Below, in pieces: positions 27,542 through 44,635 of a stretch of DNA of 64,000 nucleotides (positions are counted from its first letter, which is position 1; every line of letters begins with the position of its first letter). The stretch lies in the NCBI RefSeq assembly GCF_009914755.1, contig NC_060933.1; one strand, written 5' to 3'. The stretch comes from the human T2T-CHM13v2.0 reference genome, Homo sapiens. Both the position numbers and the translations under genes were made by a program. Below the pieces are notes generated by a model. That model did no database searches. It was not told where the DNA came from and saw nothing but the letters and a program-made list of their open reading frames with translations.

Positions 27542-30500
27542 TGAAATGTGAGAAGCACTAGCATTTTCTGTGCTGACTGTATTGCTGGCATACTTGTTCT
27601 TCCGTATCCAACCAGTCACCAAGATTTGTCCTACAAAGCTGAATAAAATTCAGGTTGTGTAAAATTCTAAATTGAATGATGTCATTGACTTATTTTTATG
27701 CATTTTGGTCATAATTGTTAGCTTTCTATTGATTTGTTTTATGATAGATTAAATTTTTATTAAATTTTAATATCTTTTATTAGTGATTTCTTATTTAATT
27801 GATGAACACTTAATATCTATAAACACACCATTAGCATGGCTTCTCAACAGAGTATTTAATCAGTTAAGTGACTGTACATATAGGTACAAAATAAAATCTG
27901 TATCTGGGAGAAATTCTGACTTTCCTCTGATTACACAGTTCAAACATTTAGATATTTTTTCCTGTGTTTCTCTTTATCTGGCATGTGATACAGAGCTATT
28001 TGACCTCATTACTCATATTAAAATCCGTTGTGTATAATAGACGTGATAAAGTAATATCTCCAAAATCCTTTTTAGGGGATACCTTTGGTTCGTTACTAGG
28101 ATAAAACATTGCCAAAGAGCCACCTCTTCCTTGCAACTGAAGTGGTCGATAGAGCCATATCACCCTTATCACACCTTGATGCTTCTGAGCCAGAGATGCC
28201 TTTTCTAGGAATTATTTTACCCCACTTATTCCTGTAGCATTTATGGAGCCATATCATCAGGTGATTCCATTAGAACTGAACTAAGGGGAAATATTTTCTG
28301 TTAGGATATCTTCCCACTCATTGGAATGATGAAATACTAAGAACCACAGCAATTTAGACTTACCCTTAACAAATTCTCTCATGTGAGGCTAATTCTTATA
28401 TTCATTCATTCATACTCATCTTTTCCTTGGCCAAATTGACATCTGGTAACAAGTGATAATAATTTAAAGCAAAACAAATTCATTGGGATCTCCATGGAGA
28501 CAGTTCTTGCTCTGGTCTCCATGGTGACATTTAGTTTTAAGGACTCAGGTTAATTTTATGTATTTGTGATTTTAATTACTTTTCTTCCCTGCCTAAGCCC
28601 CAAATTAAAGAGCCTGGGAGTTTCGCTTCCTGTCTCCTATAGGAAGAAACCAGAAAGATAAACAGAAAAAAAGGGAAGAATTATGGTGATAATTGTGGGG
28701 TAGGGAATTTTGTAGTTTTAAAGACTTTTACACAAAATCATCTGGGCTGGGGCAATAAATTAGAATTAGAATTAAAGAGGGGAATCTTTCCATGAAGCTC
28801 TTCAGACTTCCCCCCACCCTACTGCACTGTTTGAACAGGAAGTTTATATGTATTTAAGGTACTTCACATTCACAGAAGCACCCAGTTCCAAGACACTAGG
28901 ATATCATGAGTGCACTTAAATAGAAAAGAGAGTGTCTGAATTTTCTAATATGCTGTGTCATTCTTCCTGTATTTAATCAATGATTTTCTCAGGTACTAAC
29001 CTGGAAGCATTTAGAGTTCCTCCTGTCACTGGAGACCAAGCTTGTGTTACACAGATCTTTGCTAGCCAGCAATCCCATCTTTCTACATCTCCAACACACA
29101 TTCGAGAACTACGATAAAAAGCAAAGAAAAAAAAGTAAGGACCCTTGGTAACAACATGCTGCAGCCTGTCTTTTTGCTGAAATCCACAAGGGCTTCTTTT
29201 CTATCAAGTTTTCTTCTTTCTGCCTTTAACATAGACTTAGGCCCTCAATCAAAAGCTTATTAACTCTTAATTTGTACACATTTTTAAGTTTGGTTATGTG
29301 GTTTCCATGCAAACAGCACAAAATTTGACGGGAGAGGGAAGAGGCTTTAAAGGGGCTTTTGGATCTATAGTTAGAAGGCAGAAAGAAGGGCAAGCCTCAG
29401 GATAAGGGATAAGAATGCAGTAGGTGCTCAATTAATGTTTCTCAAATAAATGAGCAAATGAGCAGGCAGAAAGAATAAAGACAGAAACCCAAAAGGTACT
29501 GCAGGCTGGGGCCCTATATTTATATTTTAATGAGGCCTTGAAGTAAAAGACTACAGTATAGTACAAAATCCCCACTAAAACCAGGGCTGATTTTCACAGC
29601 CATGCTCTTGATGCAATAGCATAACATGGAAGTATGTTTGGACACCTCTGTAGAAATGACCTTAGAAGGGTATAATATATACTTCTGTTACAATAGTAAA
29701 GAATTTTTAAATGGGAGCTAAGCTTGTGCTGTTCCTAGTTGCAGTGTGTGTCATACCATCAAGAACTGATGGGTATTAATGAGGTTTTGAGTTAATGTAG
29801 GGACGAATGATATTTACACTTTAAAGAGATATTTTTATTTCTCAATTTATACTTTAAAAAATTCCAAATTATAATATCATGCAGGCATTTAAGATGATGT
29901 AATAGTAGGCTAAGAACATGGAAATATATTCACTCTGTAGCGGGTAGCAGAATTAGAAATATGCACACAACTCAGATGCATATATAAAATTTATTTTCTA
30001 AAACCAATCCTCAAACTTTTCAACTGTTGGTTACTAGAGAAAAATTCAAACATGCCAATTAAAGCTTATCTCTGTCTCTTTTAGTTTAACAGCTTGTTTT
30101 AGGTTAAAATAGTCTCGTTCAGAACAGTGCCCACTCTTTGAGTCCTTCCTCCTCCACCTTCTCCTTCCCCCACTACCATCTGTATGTGTACGAGGGGCTG
30201 AGGTTATGTGACATTTTGGTGGGGGTGGAGGAGTGAGGCCTCCAGATCTATCGTAGGTCCTTGTCCTTGCTCGCCTCATCCTGGTCCAACCGCTGTGCAT
30301 GCTGCTGCTGCTGAATTTGTGGCTGATCCTGTTGGTTTGTTGAGGACTTGGTGTCTCTGCCTCCAGATTCGGTCCCACTCGGTCTCTTGCAGGGGACTAC
30401 AGATACCTGTCAGGCTTGTCCTCTCACAGCCCCCGACTTAGGCTGGTCACCCTGCAGCCACAGTGGTGGGGCACCTCTACCCTCAACATGGTGGCGTGCA

Positions 30501-31022
30501 GCTGGCCCAGTGATACTCTACTCAGCTTCCCTCTCAATGCCTTGGAAAGAGAGCGAGCAGATGCCATGGTTTGCCCAGGATGGTTTACTCTCATTGGCCT
30601 GAGACTTACCAAAAGCCCCTCTTTTAGTTTCTAAAGTGTTCTTCAGAAGATAAATTACAAAGTCATCCTCCCTGTGGTATATTTGGGAGCTTCTGGTTCT
30701 TGTTAATAGAAGCTTAAGGAATTTAGAAGGTCTTTTGATTCTCAACAATGCCTGACTTTCAAGAAAATATCTCACTCAGAACTCAAAAATTTCATTTTGT
30801 CAGTCAGAAGTTAATCAATAATACTCCATTTTTCTTCAGATTTCTGGTGAAACAGTCCTAATTTTTCCCAAAGCAAATGTGGGTATCTCTGATTTATCAG
30901 AGCAAAAGTTATTTTAAAGGCTGGCTCAGTAAAGTATAAAGATTAATATTTGAAATATTAATCTCAAGTATAAAAAAACAGCATGTACTGGAATTCTCTC
31001 TTTGGTTAAAAATATGTGTCTA

Positions 31023-31343
31023 GGTTGGGCACAGTAGCTCACTCACGCCTGTAATCCCAACACTTTGGGAAGCCAAGGTGAGGGGATCGCTTGAGCCAGG
31101 AGCTTGAGACCAGCCTGGGCAACATGGTGAAACCCAATCTCTACCAAAAAACCACCAAAAATTAGCCGGGTGTGGTGGCACACCCCTGTGGTCTAAGCTA
31201 CTTGGGAGGCTGAGGCGAGAGGATCGCTGGAGCATGGGAGGCAGAGGTTGCAGTGAGCCGAGACTGAGCCACTGCACTCCAGCCTGGGTGACAGAGCTGG
31301 GTGACAGACCCTGTTTCCAAAAAATAAAATAAAATAAAATAAA
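31023..31343 (+). mobile_element. Alu (AluJ-like)
   Basis: Dimeric Alu with (TAAAA)n tail. Confidence 0.9.
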
Positions 31344-33284
31344 TGAGTCTATATGCACTGAAAAGAGAGTGAAAAAATATTCACCATGTAACATGATACT
31401 TATTACTGGATGGTGCATTTATGGATTATTTGTCTTTTTCTTTTTTCTCTTTGCTACTTCTACATTTTCCATAATGAACATGTATTTTCATAATAAGAAT
31501 AAAGTAAAATAACTTAAAATTTGTGATATCACTTTCTACAGCTTTTCCCTGGACGCAAGCATTCTCTAAAGGATCAGAATTTAGACACAATACTTCATTT
31601 CTTTCAGCTTCTGAGTCACCCTCCATGGTTTATTATGAGCCTTTTAAAAATATCTTTTTAATTGCTAGTTTATGTTGGGTAAAAAGGATGATGTTATTCA
31701 CATTCATTTGGTTTAACCACCCTTTCATTCTCGTCTGCGTTCTACAACGGTGGATCCTACGCCACGGTTATTTTTAATCTAGTCCTACATTCTCATTCCT
31801 CAACATACGCACATTACCTACAAATGCTTCTGGATATAGTAGTTTTTTGGGGAAAGCACTATATTTTTTATTTTTCAAGATGAAATCCAGGAGACTCAGC
31901 CTCCTTTTGCCCTGACTACATTTTTCTTCCAGTGCTGTTTTCTTTTATGACATTCCAGTCAAATTCTTTTTCTGAAAACTGATCGTTATAGAATGATTGT
32001 GCCATGACCTTTGTGTGAAAGTTTGCTCAACTTAACTGGCATTTACAAAAATAAAATCGTTTTACATGCAAGATAAGCCCTGGTAAGGCAAAGTATACAG
32101 AAGAGGCATTTCACCACACGGGCAAACTTGGATAGGAAAGATCCTTGCTATACAGAAGTACCTCTGCCTCAAACCAAACCTCTACCCTTATGACCATCTC
32201 ATAACTGGGCTGTGGAAGCCATTAGAGTCCTCTCCTTGTTGTAATGCTGCTGTAGTCTTTCCTCTCACAGATAGTCTAAGGTACTTTTTCACCAAGCTTG
32301 TTTTCTTTTACCTTACTGACTATCTCTTTCTAGGTAAGAGTGTTGTGGTTGGGAGAGGAAGTTAGAAGAATGTGGGGCTTCGTGACATTTTGATAAGGAG
32401 AAGTTCACACTGAGAAGCCCAGACTTGGGGCTCAGGGTGTTTTGTGGCACTAGAACTAGTATTGTTGAACACACTTCTCTGAGTTTCTCTGGGAACCCAT
32501 CCCCATTCGCACCATTTTCTGTGTGTACTGGTCAGAGCTCTTTTGGTTGCAAGTGACAGATGGTCAGCTTGCCCTAGCTTAAGAAAACAGAATGAATTAA
32601 CTCAGGATATTCCTGGATGATTGATTACCAGGTGAGAAAGGCAGCGGTAAGCTGGGCCTTAGGAACAACTGGAACGAGGGATGAAAATGTTACCAGGTCT
32701 TACTGTGTTTCCCCTCTCTCTTTGTGGGTTTGCTTCATCTTGTTGTGGAAGAGTATGGGAAACATGGCTGCTGCAGTTCTGGAATATATAACTTACATCT
32801 TGATCCCACAAAGAAAGTTTGGCTTTAAGGTATTTTCAGTTCTGGCTCAACAAATTCCAGGCCATATGTCTTTCCCTGGACCAAGTACCTGTTTGGAGTC
32901 ATCTGGCTAGGCAAGGGCAAATGGAAATATGGTAGCTCTCCAAGAGCAACGAACAAGGAGGATGCATCCAGGAGAAGGAAGGAGTGCTGGGCTGGCAGTC
33001 CTAGAGTTACTGCAGTGGAGAAGGAATAGCAAATTTTACACACTCAGTTTCACAGCAAAAGTCTAGAACATAACCTATTAATATATTGGGAGACTTCCTA
33101 CAATTGATGCTATTTTGACTTTAAACTCTCCCTCCCCAGCCAACTTGTATCTACTCAATGCAATTTTAAAAAATGTATCTTAGATGTAATGGGCAGAAAA
33201 CAGAAATCTTGTGTAGAGATTAGATGAAACATATCTTTGCAGTGCTTTGCAAAGGTTATGAATAAATTTGAGTACTCTTATTTT

Positions 33285-33587
33285 ACTTTTTTAAAGAAAG
33301 GGTTTCACTTTGTCACCCAGATTGGAGTGCAGTGGCTCAATCATAGCTCATGGTAACTTCAAACGTTTGGGCTCAAGTGATTCTCCTGCCCCAGCCTTCC
33401 AAGCAGCTGGGACTATAGGCATGCACCACCATGCCTGACTAATTTTAAAAAACTTTTTTTTTCTTTGGTAGAGTTGACAGTCTTCCTCTAATACCCAGGC
33501 TGGTCTTGAACTCCTGGTCTAAAGCGATCCTCCAACCTTGGCCTCCCAAAGTACTGGGATTACAGATGTGTGCCATTGCATCCAGAC
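33285..33587 (-). mobile_element. Alu (AluJ-like)
   Basis: Diverged reverse-strand Alu. Confidence 0.88.
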
Positions 33588-35246
33588 TTCTTACTGTTTT
33601 TGATAGGCATTAATCTTTATTACTGTTTGCTTTATTTCATTTGAAATACAATTATGTTTTAGTTATTATTGGTCACACCGTGTATTTTCTTTATTTTTAT
33701 TTAACTAAGTTGTGATGCATTAACAAAGAGAATTAATTGCAGAAATATTATAATATGTTTATCTGGTAAGCTACTAGATCTCCAATCAGATGGTTCCAGG
33801 TTCAATTAAATGGAAGAATTAATATAATACCATTTATCTATTGCAAAGTAAATTTCATTGCAAATAATTTAGCCTCCTTTTATAGACAGTGATAGGATAA
33901 AATTTTTTGAAATTAAAATATAGGAATAAATAACTTGTCACAATTTTTTAAACATTTGGAAAAACTGAATTGCTCAGTAAGGATCCAGAAGCATTAAATA
34001 AGCTTTTTTTAAAAAAAGCACTAAGCTTTTATTCACTATCTTCTTTCCAGATGAAGAACTCTTTTTTTTTAATTGCATTTATTAAAAGTGTATTTATGAA
34101 TCCATTGCTCTGTTGAAAGCACTTTGCTGGGTTAGGAATTTGACAGTGACTAAGACATCCTCCCTGCCTTTAGGATGTTAGAGGTTACTGTGAGATAGGA
34201 GTGGGGAGGGCTACCCCAGCAACTACAATGTACTGTGATATGTGTTTTGATTAGCGGTAAGCAGGTTGCTCAGGGAGCATCCAAGAGGAGCCTTTAACTT
34301 AGGCCTGTTGGACCAGGGGAGCTTTTCAGAGGAGGTTCACCTGGTTCCTAGGATCCCCAAGGAGAACTAAAGTATGATGCATTAGTTTCCAACCGAGAGC
34401 AGTACTACCCTTTCCCCAAGAGTCTTTGGAAATACGTGTGGGCATTTTTTGTTGCGTAATGACTGGTATCTTGTGATGCAGAATGTGTGGTTGTAAGAAT
34501 TGTGACTCTTAGTCCTGGAGGTGACCATAGCATCTTAACAACATTTATCCATCTATCTATATGAAGCCTAATTTACATATCCATAAACTATAAGAACAGC
34601 CAGATGGGTGAAAACAGCAGAACTAACATGTATCTAGCGTCAACACATTAAGTTTAGTTAGTTTGCATATGGCCATTTATAACAAGGGTGTGAACAGCAA
34701 CTCTCCTAATAGATCCAGTCAAAGAAAGGGAATTCCCCACTCAGTATTGTATAAGAACCCCGAGCTTTCAGAGATCAGTGGCACCTGCTCTCCTTGTAGG
34801 GATGCAATAAGGCAACAACGGACCACTGCAAGCAGTCTCTCAGAGGTTAGGATATTGTGATATCCCACCCAGACCTCTAACAAATAATTAGTTGTTATGT
34901 CAATTATTAGAAAAATTTAGTCTGGAAAGATTGCATGGTTTTTTAATTTGAATTTTTCTTTGTGTGTAAAACAATCCTATAATAAACATAAGTAATTTGG
35001 AAATACTATTGTTTGGTTTCCACATATGTCAAAGTCAGTGTGGCGCGTGTAATGTGGTAAGTCTTGCTCCTTGTCTCAGCCCTTGCCCATGTAGCTCTGA
35101 CAAATGAGCAGGTCAAGGTGTACCAAATGTCCTGCTGGACTTTCAGGCACAAATATGAATTTTTTTTCCCTACTAGTACTGTTTTGGGGAATAACTCTTA
35201 GCTCTGTGATAATTTTCTTTATTTCTTCTATAGAAATAGTCTATTC

Positions 35247-35249
<3 letters not shown>

Positions 35250-35281
<32 letters not shown>

Positions 35282-35475
35282 CCTTAACAGTACCTTTTTT
35301 TTTTCTCAGCTGGCCTTAGGCCTAAACTTTTTTTTTTTTTTAAATACTTTAAATTTTAGGGTACATGTGCACAACGTGCAGGTTTGTTACATATGTAGAC
35401 ATGTGCCATGTTGGTGTGCTGCACCCATTAACTCGTCATTTAACATTAGATATATCTCCCAATGGTATCCCTCCC
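35250..35475 (-). mobile_element. Severely 5'-truncated L1PA 3' end with putative 48-bp 3' transduction and second polyA
   Basis: L1PA 3' UTR 35342-35475, T14, 48 bp unique sequence, T30; flanked by CTATT(C/T)GGA. Confidence 0.8.
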
Positions 35476-36007
35476 TATTTGGACTTCTTGTTTCTACTGG
35501 GGGCGTTGGGAAATAGTTTTTCTTAGAAAGTCATGTAAGTCATCTAGCTTTACATATATATTTGCATAGAGTTATGGAAAGTAATCTTTAATGATTAAGG
35601 TGTTTTTCTTCTATTTTGATGGTTATATCCTATTTTTAACAATTTTATTAAGATGTAATTCACATGCCATACAAATCACCCTTTTAAAGTGTATTTAATT
35701 CAATGGCTTTTAGTATTCACCAAGTTGTGCATCCATCACCACAATCAATTTTAGAATGTTTTATTACCCCCTCAAAATAAATCCCACTCCCTTTATCCCT
35801 TACTCCAAGCCTCCCCTAGTCCTCAGCCCTCGAGCCACAGGCAACCACTAATTGATTTTCTGCCTCTATAGATTTGCCTATTCTGGGCATTTCACATAAA
35901 TGGAATTGTACAACATATAGTCGTTACATAATATTTTCAAGGTTCATCTGTGTTGTAGTTTTTATCAATACTTCATTTCTTTTTATTTCTTAATAATACG
36001 TCATTAT

Positions 36008-36133
36008 GTATTTTAGTAGATACGGGGTTTCGCCATGTTGGGCAGGCTGGTCTCAAACTCCTGACCTCAAGCAATCTACCTGCCTCTGCCTCCCAAAGTG
36101 CTGGGATTACGGTGTGAGCTATTGCACCTGGCC
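36008..36133 (-). mobile_element. Alu left-arm fragment next to an old L1M 3' fragment (~35633-36000)
   Basis: Reverse-strand Alu left arm; adjacent sequence resembles an L1MB 3' UTR. Confidence 0.75.
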
Positions 36134-38917
36134 AAAATATATACATACTATTTAGTCTAACATTTTCCATTGTTTCCGGTGAAAGAGTTTATCTGTGCAG
36201 CTGCGGGAAATGTAACTTGGTTTGCACTCCAAGAGGCCACCTCTGTGCAATCTTGTCGATCTCTTCTCAGCACTCCTTCTACTTGGCCTCAGCTGGACTT
36301 TGGCTGCTTTTAATAGCCCTTGTACATGTTATAATCTGGGGATGATAACTTGTGATTTTGCCAAAAATTTATTTGCTTTTAATTGTTTCATTTCCTTTGC
36401 TGTTTTTGAATGAATTCTAGGAGGAAAGGGAAAAATGTGCATTTGTGTAGTTACGTTCATTATGGAAGTCTGTTTTAATTCTAGATTTTATTCCTGAAGA
36501 AAAGCTTATTTGTTTTCTAATGTTAATGCAACAAATTGTCCTGAAACCAAAAGACTTTGTATTATCTACTCAATATGCACAGCTCATGGAATCACTAAGT
36601 GTGATTTAAAATAGATCTTAAGGTGACATAATGTAATCTTTTGATGTTATTCTGGAATAATTCAAATTATTTAAACCAGTAAGATTAAGACTATTGGAAT
36701 AGGAGCTTACACAGGTAATTGAGTGATTCTTTGCTTTTTGTTTTGGACGGGGGCAGGCTGATCTCCATGTCACTCCATGCCAGGTATACTGCAAGGTGTT
36801 TCAGACTACAGTAATTACTAATGTACAGTGCCCCTTAAAAACTCCCTCTTTAGCCCTACTTTTCCACCACCCAGTGTCTTCAGCCAGCTATTGCAAGTTG
36901 TTTCTGGAGGAGAGGATCAAGGAAACTCAGAAGTATCCTAGGGTTTGAAGATTATTGAGACCCAGTTGTCTAACCATAGGGTGACAGAACGTACTCACCC
37001 TGGTTTGACAATGACAGTCCCGTTTTTCACCACTCCTGGTGTACTTAGCATCTTATTTCCCTCTAAAAGTGTCCCAGGTGGGATTATCAATTGCAGTGTT
37101 GCCCTATTTTATACATGTCCCTTCAGCTGTTTTCAAAGTCATGTGTTTGGCAGTTAATCAGACTGACCACATTTATTTAACATTTAAACTGTTACGATAG
37201 ACAAAGCCTCCAACTGTTGTATTCCTTTTGATTCCTTCCAATATTTTCCATAGGGCCTTCTGTTTTGAAGATTTTCTATGAAGAAAATTTATAATAATGA
37301 TGGGTCTTATTTATGTGCCACTCAATATATGCTCAGTGGAGAAGATGACTTCACTTATCTGTCTCCATCAAATGGTTTCCTTTTGAGTGCAGTTAAGTTT
37401 CAAATTCTGTGGTTTCATGGTTATAGATGCACAGATCACATACAGCATGAGACACATAGAAAAACAAAGTATTTCTTCGTAAGTCTGAAATGTCACAATT
37501 TTTACAAAGAACATAAGATTTTCTTTATGATTCTGCAAATACACCTGAAAGTCTTCATTTATCAGTTTGAGGGCTATGCCACCAAATAACACTGCCTTGG
37601 CATGTAAATCATTTGCCCACGAAATCTTCAAAGAGTATTGTCAATGTCTCATAGTCTTTGATTCTATCGGTTTTATGCTTCTAATGTGTTAGGGAATATA
37701 GCTGACTCTCAAGGGTAATTTTCTTTTAAAGTTCTAGATAGCAGATGATTATAAAAATCTAATAGGAAAGGTATCTTTTGCTTCTCATTTCACCAGCTTT
37801 ATATCAGAAAATACAATAGCTAAAGGCATGGTTGTGAACTACATTAATAATTCTAAAATTTAAAATTAATATATCCTGCCATCTGGAGTCTTAACTAAAC
37901 ATTTTAAACATCTTTGAAATCTGCAAAGAAAAGTGTGTCTCTTGTCAAGTCACCACAAGCTAGAATTCAGCTCAGATTTTCATTGTTCTCATGTCAGATA
38001 TTGCTCAGATTCAAACCCCTTTGCAATCAGTGTTATGCATATGTATGTTGAAAGTTTTCTCATTCAGCAAGTAGATTTATAATTTCTCTGGAGACAAGTT
38101 AGCATTGCAAAGGACTAGCATCTCTATATGCATAATTACTCCCTCTTTACTTGTGCTTTTGCAGACTGAGCCAGGATACTCTTCATTTTTATGGACACGT
38201 TTGAAAGCCGTTGCTTTCAGCATTTATATTAAGGTGACAGTAACAAAATGTAAGAACATTCATCTAATCAATCAATCAGTCAATCATTTAAGATTTAATG
38301 AGCATTTACAATGTGTCAGACCAAGATCACAAAGATGAATAAAAAATAATCCGTGTCTAAGAAGCTTTCTGTCAAATGAGAAGGCTGATACATGAACGGA
38401 TAATTACAAAACAATATGAAAGGTGCGGCAGTGACAAAGATGCTGGTTTCTTTGCAACCTCCCAATTCCCTTGCCCCACATAAACATACAACCACAGAAA
38501 CCCTAGAGTATAACCTGTTTCCTTTCCTGTAAGAAGAATCCTACGACCTAATCCCACCCTCTCCTCCGCTGACACGGAGCTGGGCCCTCTGGCTTGGGGC
38601 AGCCTTGGGGAGCTGCAGGACCTTCCTGACCTGCAGCTCTGGATTCTAGTTTGTTCAGTCCTGCAACTCAATGTAGCAAGTTTTTCAGATAGCTAAATCT
38701 ATTCAGTTTGAAGGACTATGAGATTGTTTTTACTGATTGTTGGTGTTAGAGGCCTTCTTATGAAAGGTGGTAGATGATTATTTTATTTTGAATGTTCTCG
38801 TCAAAACAAAAAGTTGGCAGCTTTATGTTGGCCCCATCCTTTTTGGGGGAAAGTTTGGCTGCTCCATGAAGCACTTAGGTTTGGGAACCACTGAGAGTCT
38901 GGGGTGCAACTGTTCTC

Positions 38918-39167
38918 TAGGGCTTTCTCAACCTTGGTACTATGGACATTTTGGGCAAGATACTTCTCTGTGGTTGGGGGCTGTCCTGTGCATTGCAGGA
39001 TGTTTAGCAGCATCGCTGTCCTCTACCCGCTAGACACTGGTAGCACTCTCCTCCTTAGAAGTATACGCAACAATGTCTCCAGGCATGGCCAAATGTCTGC
39101 ATTGTCTCTGGGGTGGGAGTGGATGCCACAAATTGATCCCCTTCTCCAACCAGATTGAAAACCACTG
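38918..39167. mobile_element. hAT-Charlie element (MER20-like)
   Basis: ttctcaaccttgg...gacattttggg...ctgtcctgtgcattgcaggatgtttagcagcatc...aaccactg signature. Confidence 0.75.
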
Positions 39168-39321
39168 GTCTAGAGCAATATTTTTCACGACCCATCAATG
39201 TATTGTGAACTCAATTCAGTGGATTAATAATGGCATTTAAAAAAATAAAATAATAGAGAATAAAAAGTATCCAGATTCCTATGAGGGTAAAGACTGTTTT
39301 GTCACATTTTGGCTTCAATTT

Positions 39322-42357
<3,036 letters not shown>

Positions 42358-42425
42358 AAATTTTGGTTTCAATTTTATGCATGGAAATACATGTACATAT
42401 TCTGGATTAAGAAGTATCATTTTTT

Positions 42426-42723
<298 letters not shown>

Positions 42724-43794
42724 GATTGATCATTTTTCTTACTGGGGACTGTAGTTGAAGAATTTGAAAGTTACTGCTCTAGAGGCATTGTAAATTCTAT
42801 TTTAGTACATGTATTTATTTTTCTCATGAAGAATTTTTCATTGCAACAAATAAAAAATCATGGCAAGTCGTTCGATGACTAAACAAATGCCGGTAGCAAG
42901 GAGAATGAGGCTATATGAAATATACATTATTGCACCTTGATTATTTTTATATATGTATATATTACATTTTAATCACAGAAAGGCTATAAGGCTTAGTTAG
43001 TTTTGACAAAGTGTTTAAAAATACCCAGCTAAAGCCTGTTGTAGATATTATCATTACACTTAATAATATTTTGCATTTATATGTCACCTTTCATTTGAGA
43101 CTCTCAAGGTGTTGATTCATTTAGTTCCTCAGTTTATGATTCTCGGTTCATCTCAGGAAACCTGAGGCACAGGCCACTGTTCCCCTAACATAATAAAGTC
43201 AGAGAATTAATTCAGTCTCCTGTTTCCTTTAGAAAGCCTCAATCATTTTATATATGGTAAATATGTATTATACAGAGAGCATATAGTAAAGACATATCTT
43301 ATATTTTATTTGGGTCTATATATTTTACTATATTTCATACAGTATATTTTATACATTTTATAATTTTTAAACATGTATATTTCTCTCTGCTAGGCTGGCA
43401 GCCTCTTGGGAGTAGGGGCAGATTTGGGGCTGTGAATCTCTCAGAGCCCCACAGGCTGTGGGCACAGCATCCATGGGCAGCCGGCAGGCACGAGGAAATG
43501 CCAGTTACATTAGCTCAGTCCCCCAAAGAAACACCTTCATTATGGATTCATGGTTTTAATGCTGGGTTTTTGGCTGCTATCTAAGGTTGCTATAGGAAAA
43601 AAGAACATATCTGCATCTTTTGTAAGAATCTAGTTATCATGAAACTTAAAGTATATGGTAGGATCATTAGGGCCACATACTGACTTTCACAGACCATAAA
43701 TATCTTTGCTTTCTTGGGCCCCTTCTTCCATTAAAAAAAAAGTTTAAAATGATAGTTAGACTGATGGTATAAAGACAGGTATAATCCAAGCTGG

Positions 43795-43798
<4 letters not shown>

Positions 43799-43854
<56 letters not shown>
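43799..43854. repeat. (TA)28 microsatellite
   Basis: Perfect TA run. Confidence 0.97.
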
Positions 43855-43857
<3 letters not shown>

Positions 43858-44270
43858 CTGATTTAAAAGTAGTTATTTTGTAGGCCTCTAGAAGTATGGG
43901 CCCTGGGCCTTCTTCAGTGTCTAATAAAGAGGTGGGCCTTGGGGCAAATATGCTGAAATATCACTGGTATGTTTCCCCTTCATTTGTGTGCTGCTGTAGG
44001 GATGTACTCCGGTTTTATTGCCTCAGGGAAGAATGACCCAGCAGTTAACAAAAGAGCCAAATTATTGGATTTGGATTTCAAAAACTTGGGTCTTAGCATA
44101 AGCCTGATAGATTTGGGAGCATGAAGAGCCAAGCCACCCTGTTCCACAGCAAATGAAGAATTCATGGACACAAATAGGAGAAGGCCAGAGAAAAAGCTGA
44201 GAATGTTTGAATTTGTCTGGGATCCTGAATTTGAGTTAAGATTTTGGAAATCCTGGAGCCAGATGGGACC

Positions 44271-44635
44271 TGTATTAGTCGTTCTCATGCTGCTAATAAA
44301 GACATACACAAGACTGGGTAATTTATAAAGGAAAGAGGTTTAATTGACTCACAGTTCCACATGGCTGGGGAGGCCTCACAATCATGCTGGAAGGCAAATG
44401 ATGAGTAAAGTCATGTCTTACATGGCAGCAGGCAAGAGAGAGCTTGTGTAGGGGAACTCTCCTTTATAAAACCATCAGATCTCATGAGACTTGTTCACTA
44501 TCATGAGAACAGCATGGGAAAGACCCGCCCCCATGATTCAATTACCTCCCACAGGGTGTCTCCCATGACACATGGGAATTATGGGTGCTACAATTCAAGG
44601 TGAGATTTGTGTGGGGACATAGCCAAACCATATCA
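44271..44635 (-). mobile_element. THE1-type MaLR solo LTR
   Basis: tgtattagtc...ccaaaccatatca termini; TSD GGAC(C/T). Confidence 0.92.

Noticed and set aside
34002-34019. 18-bp perfect palindrome GCTTTTTTTAAAAAAAGC
   Set aside because: Homopolymer-driven and common; no context suggesting function.
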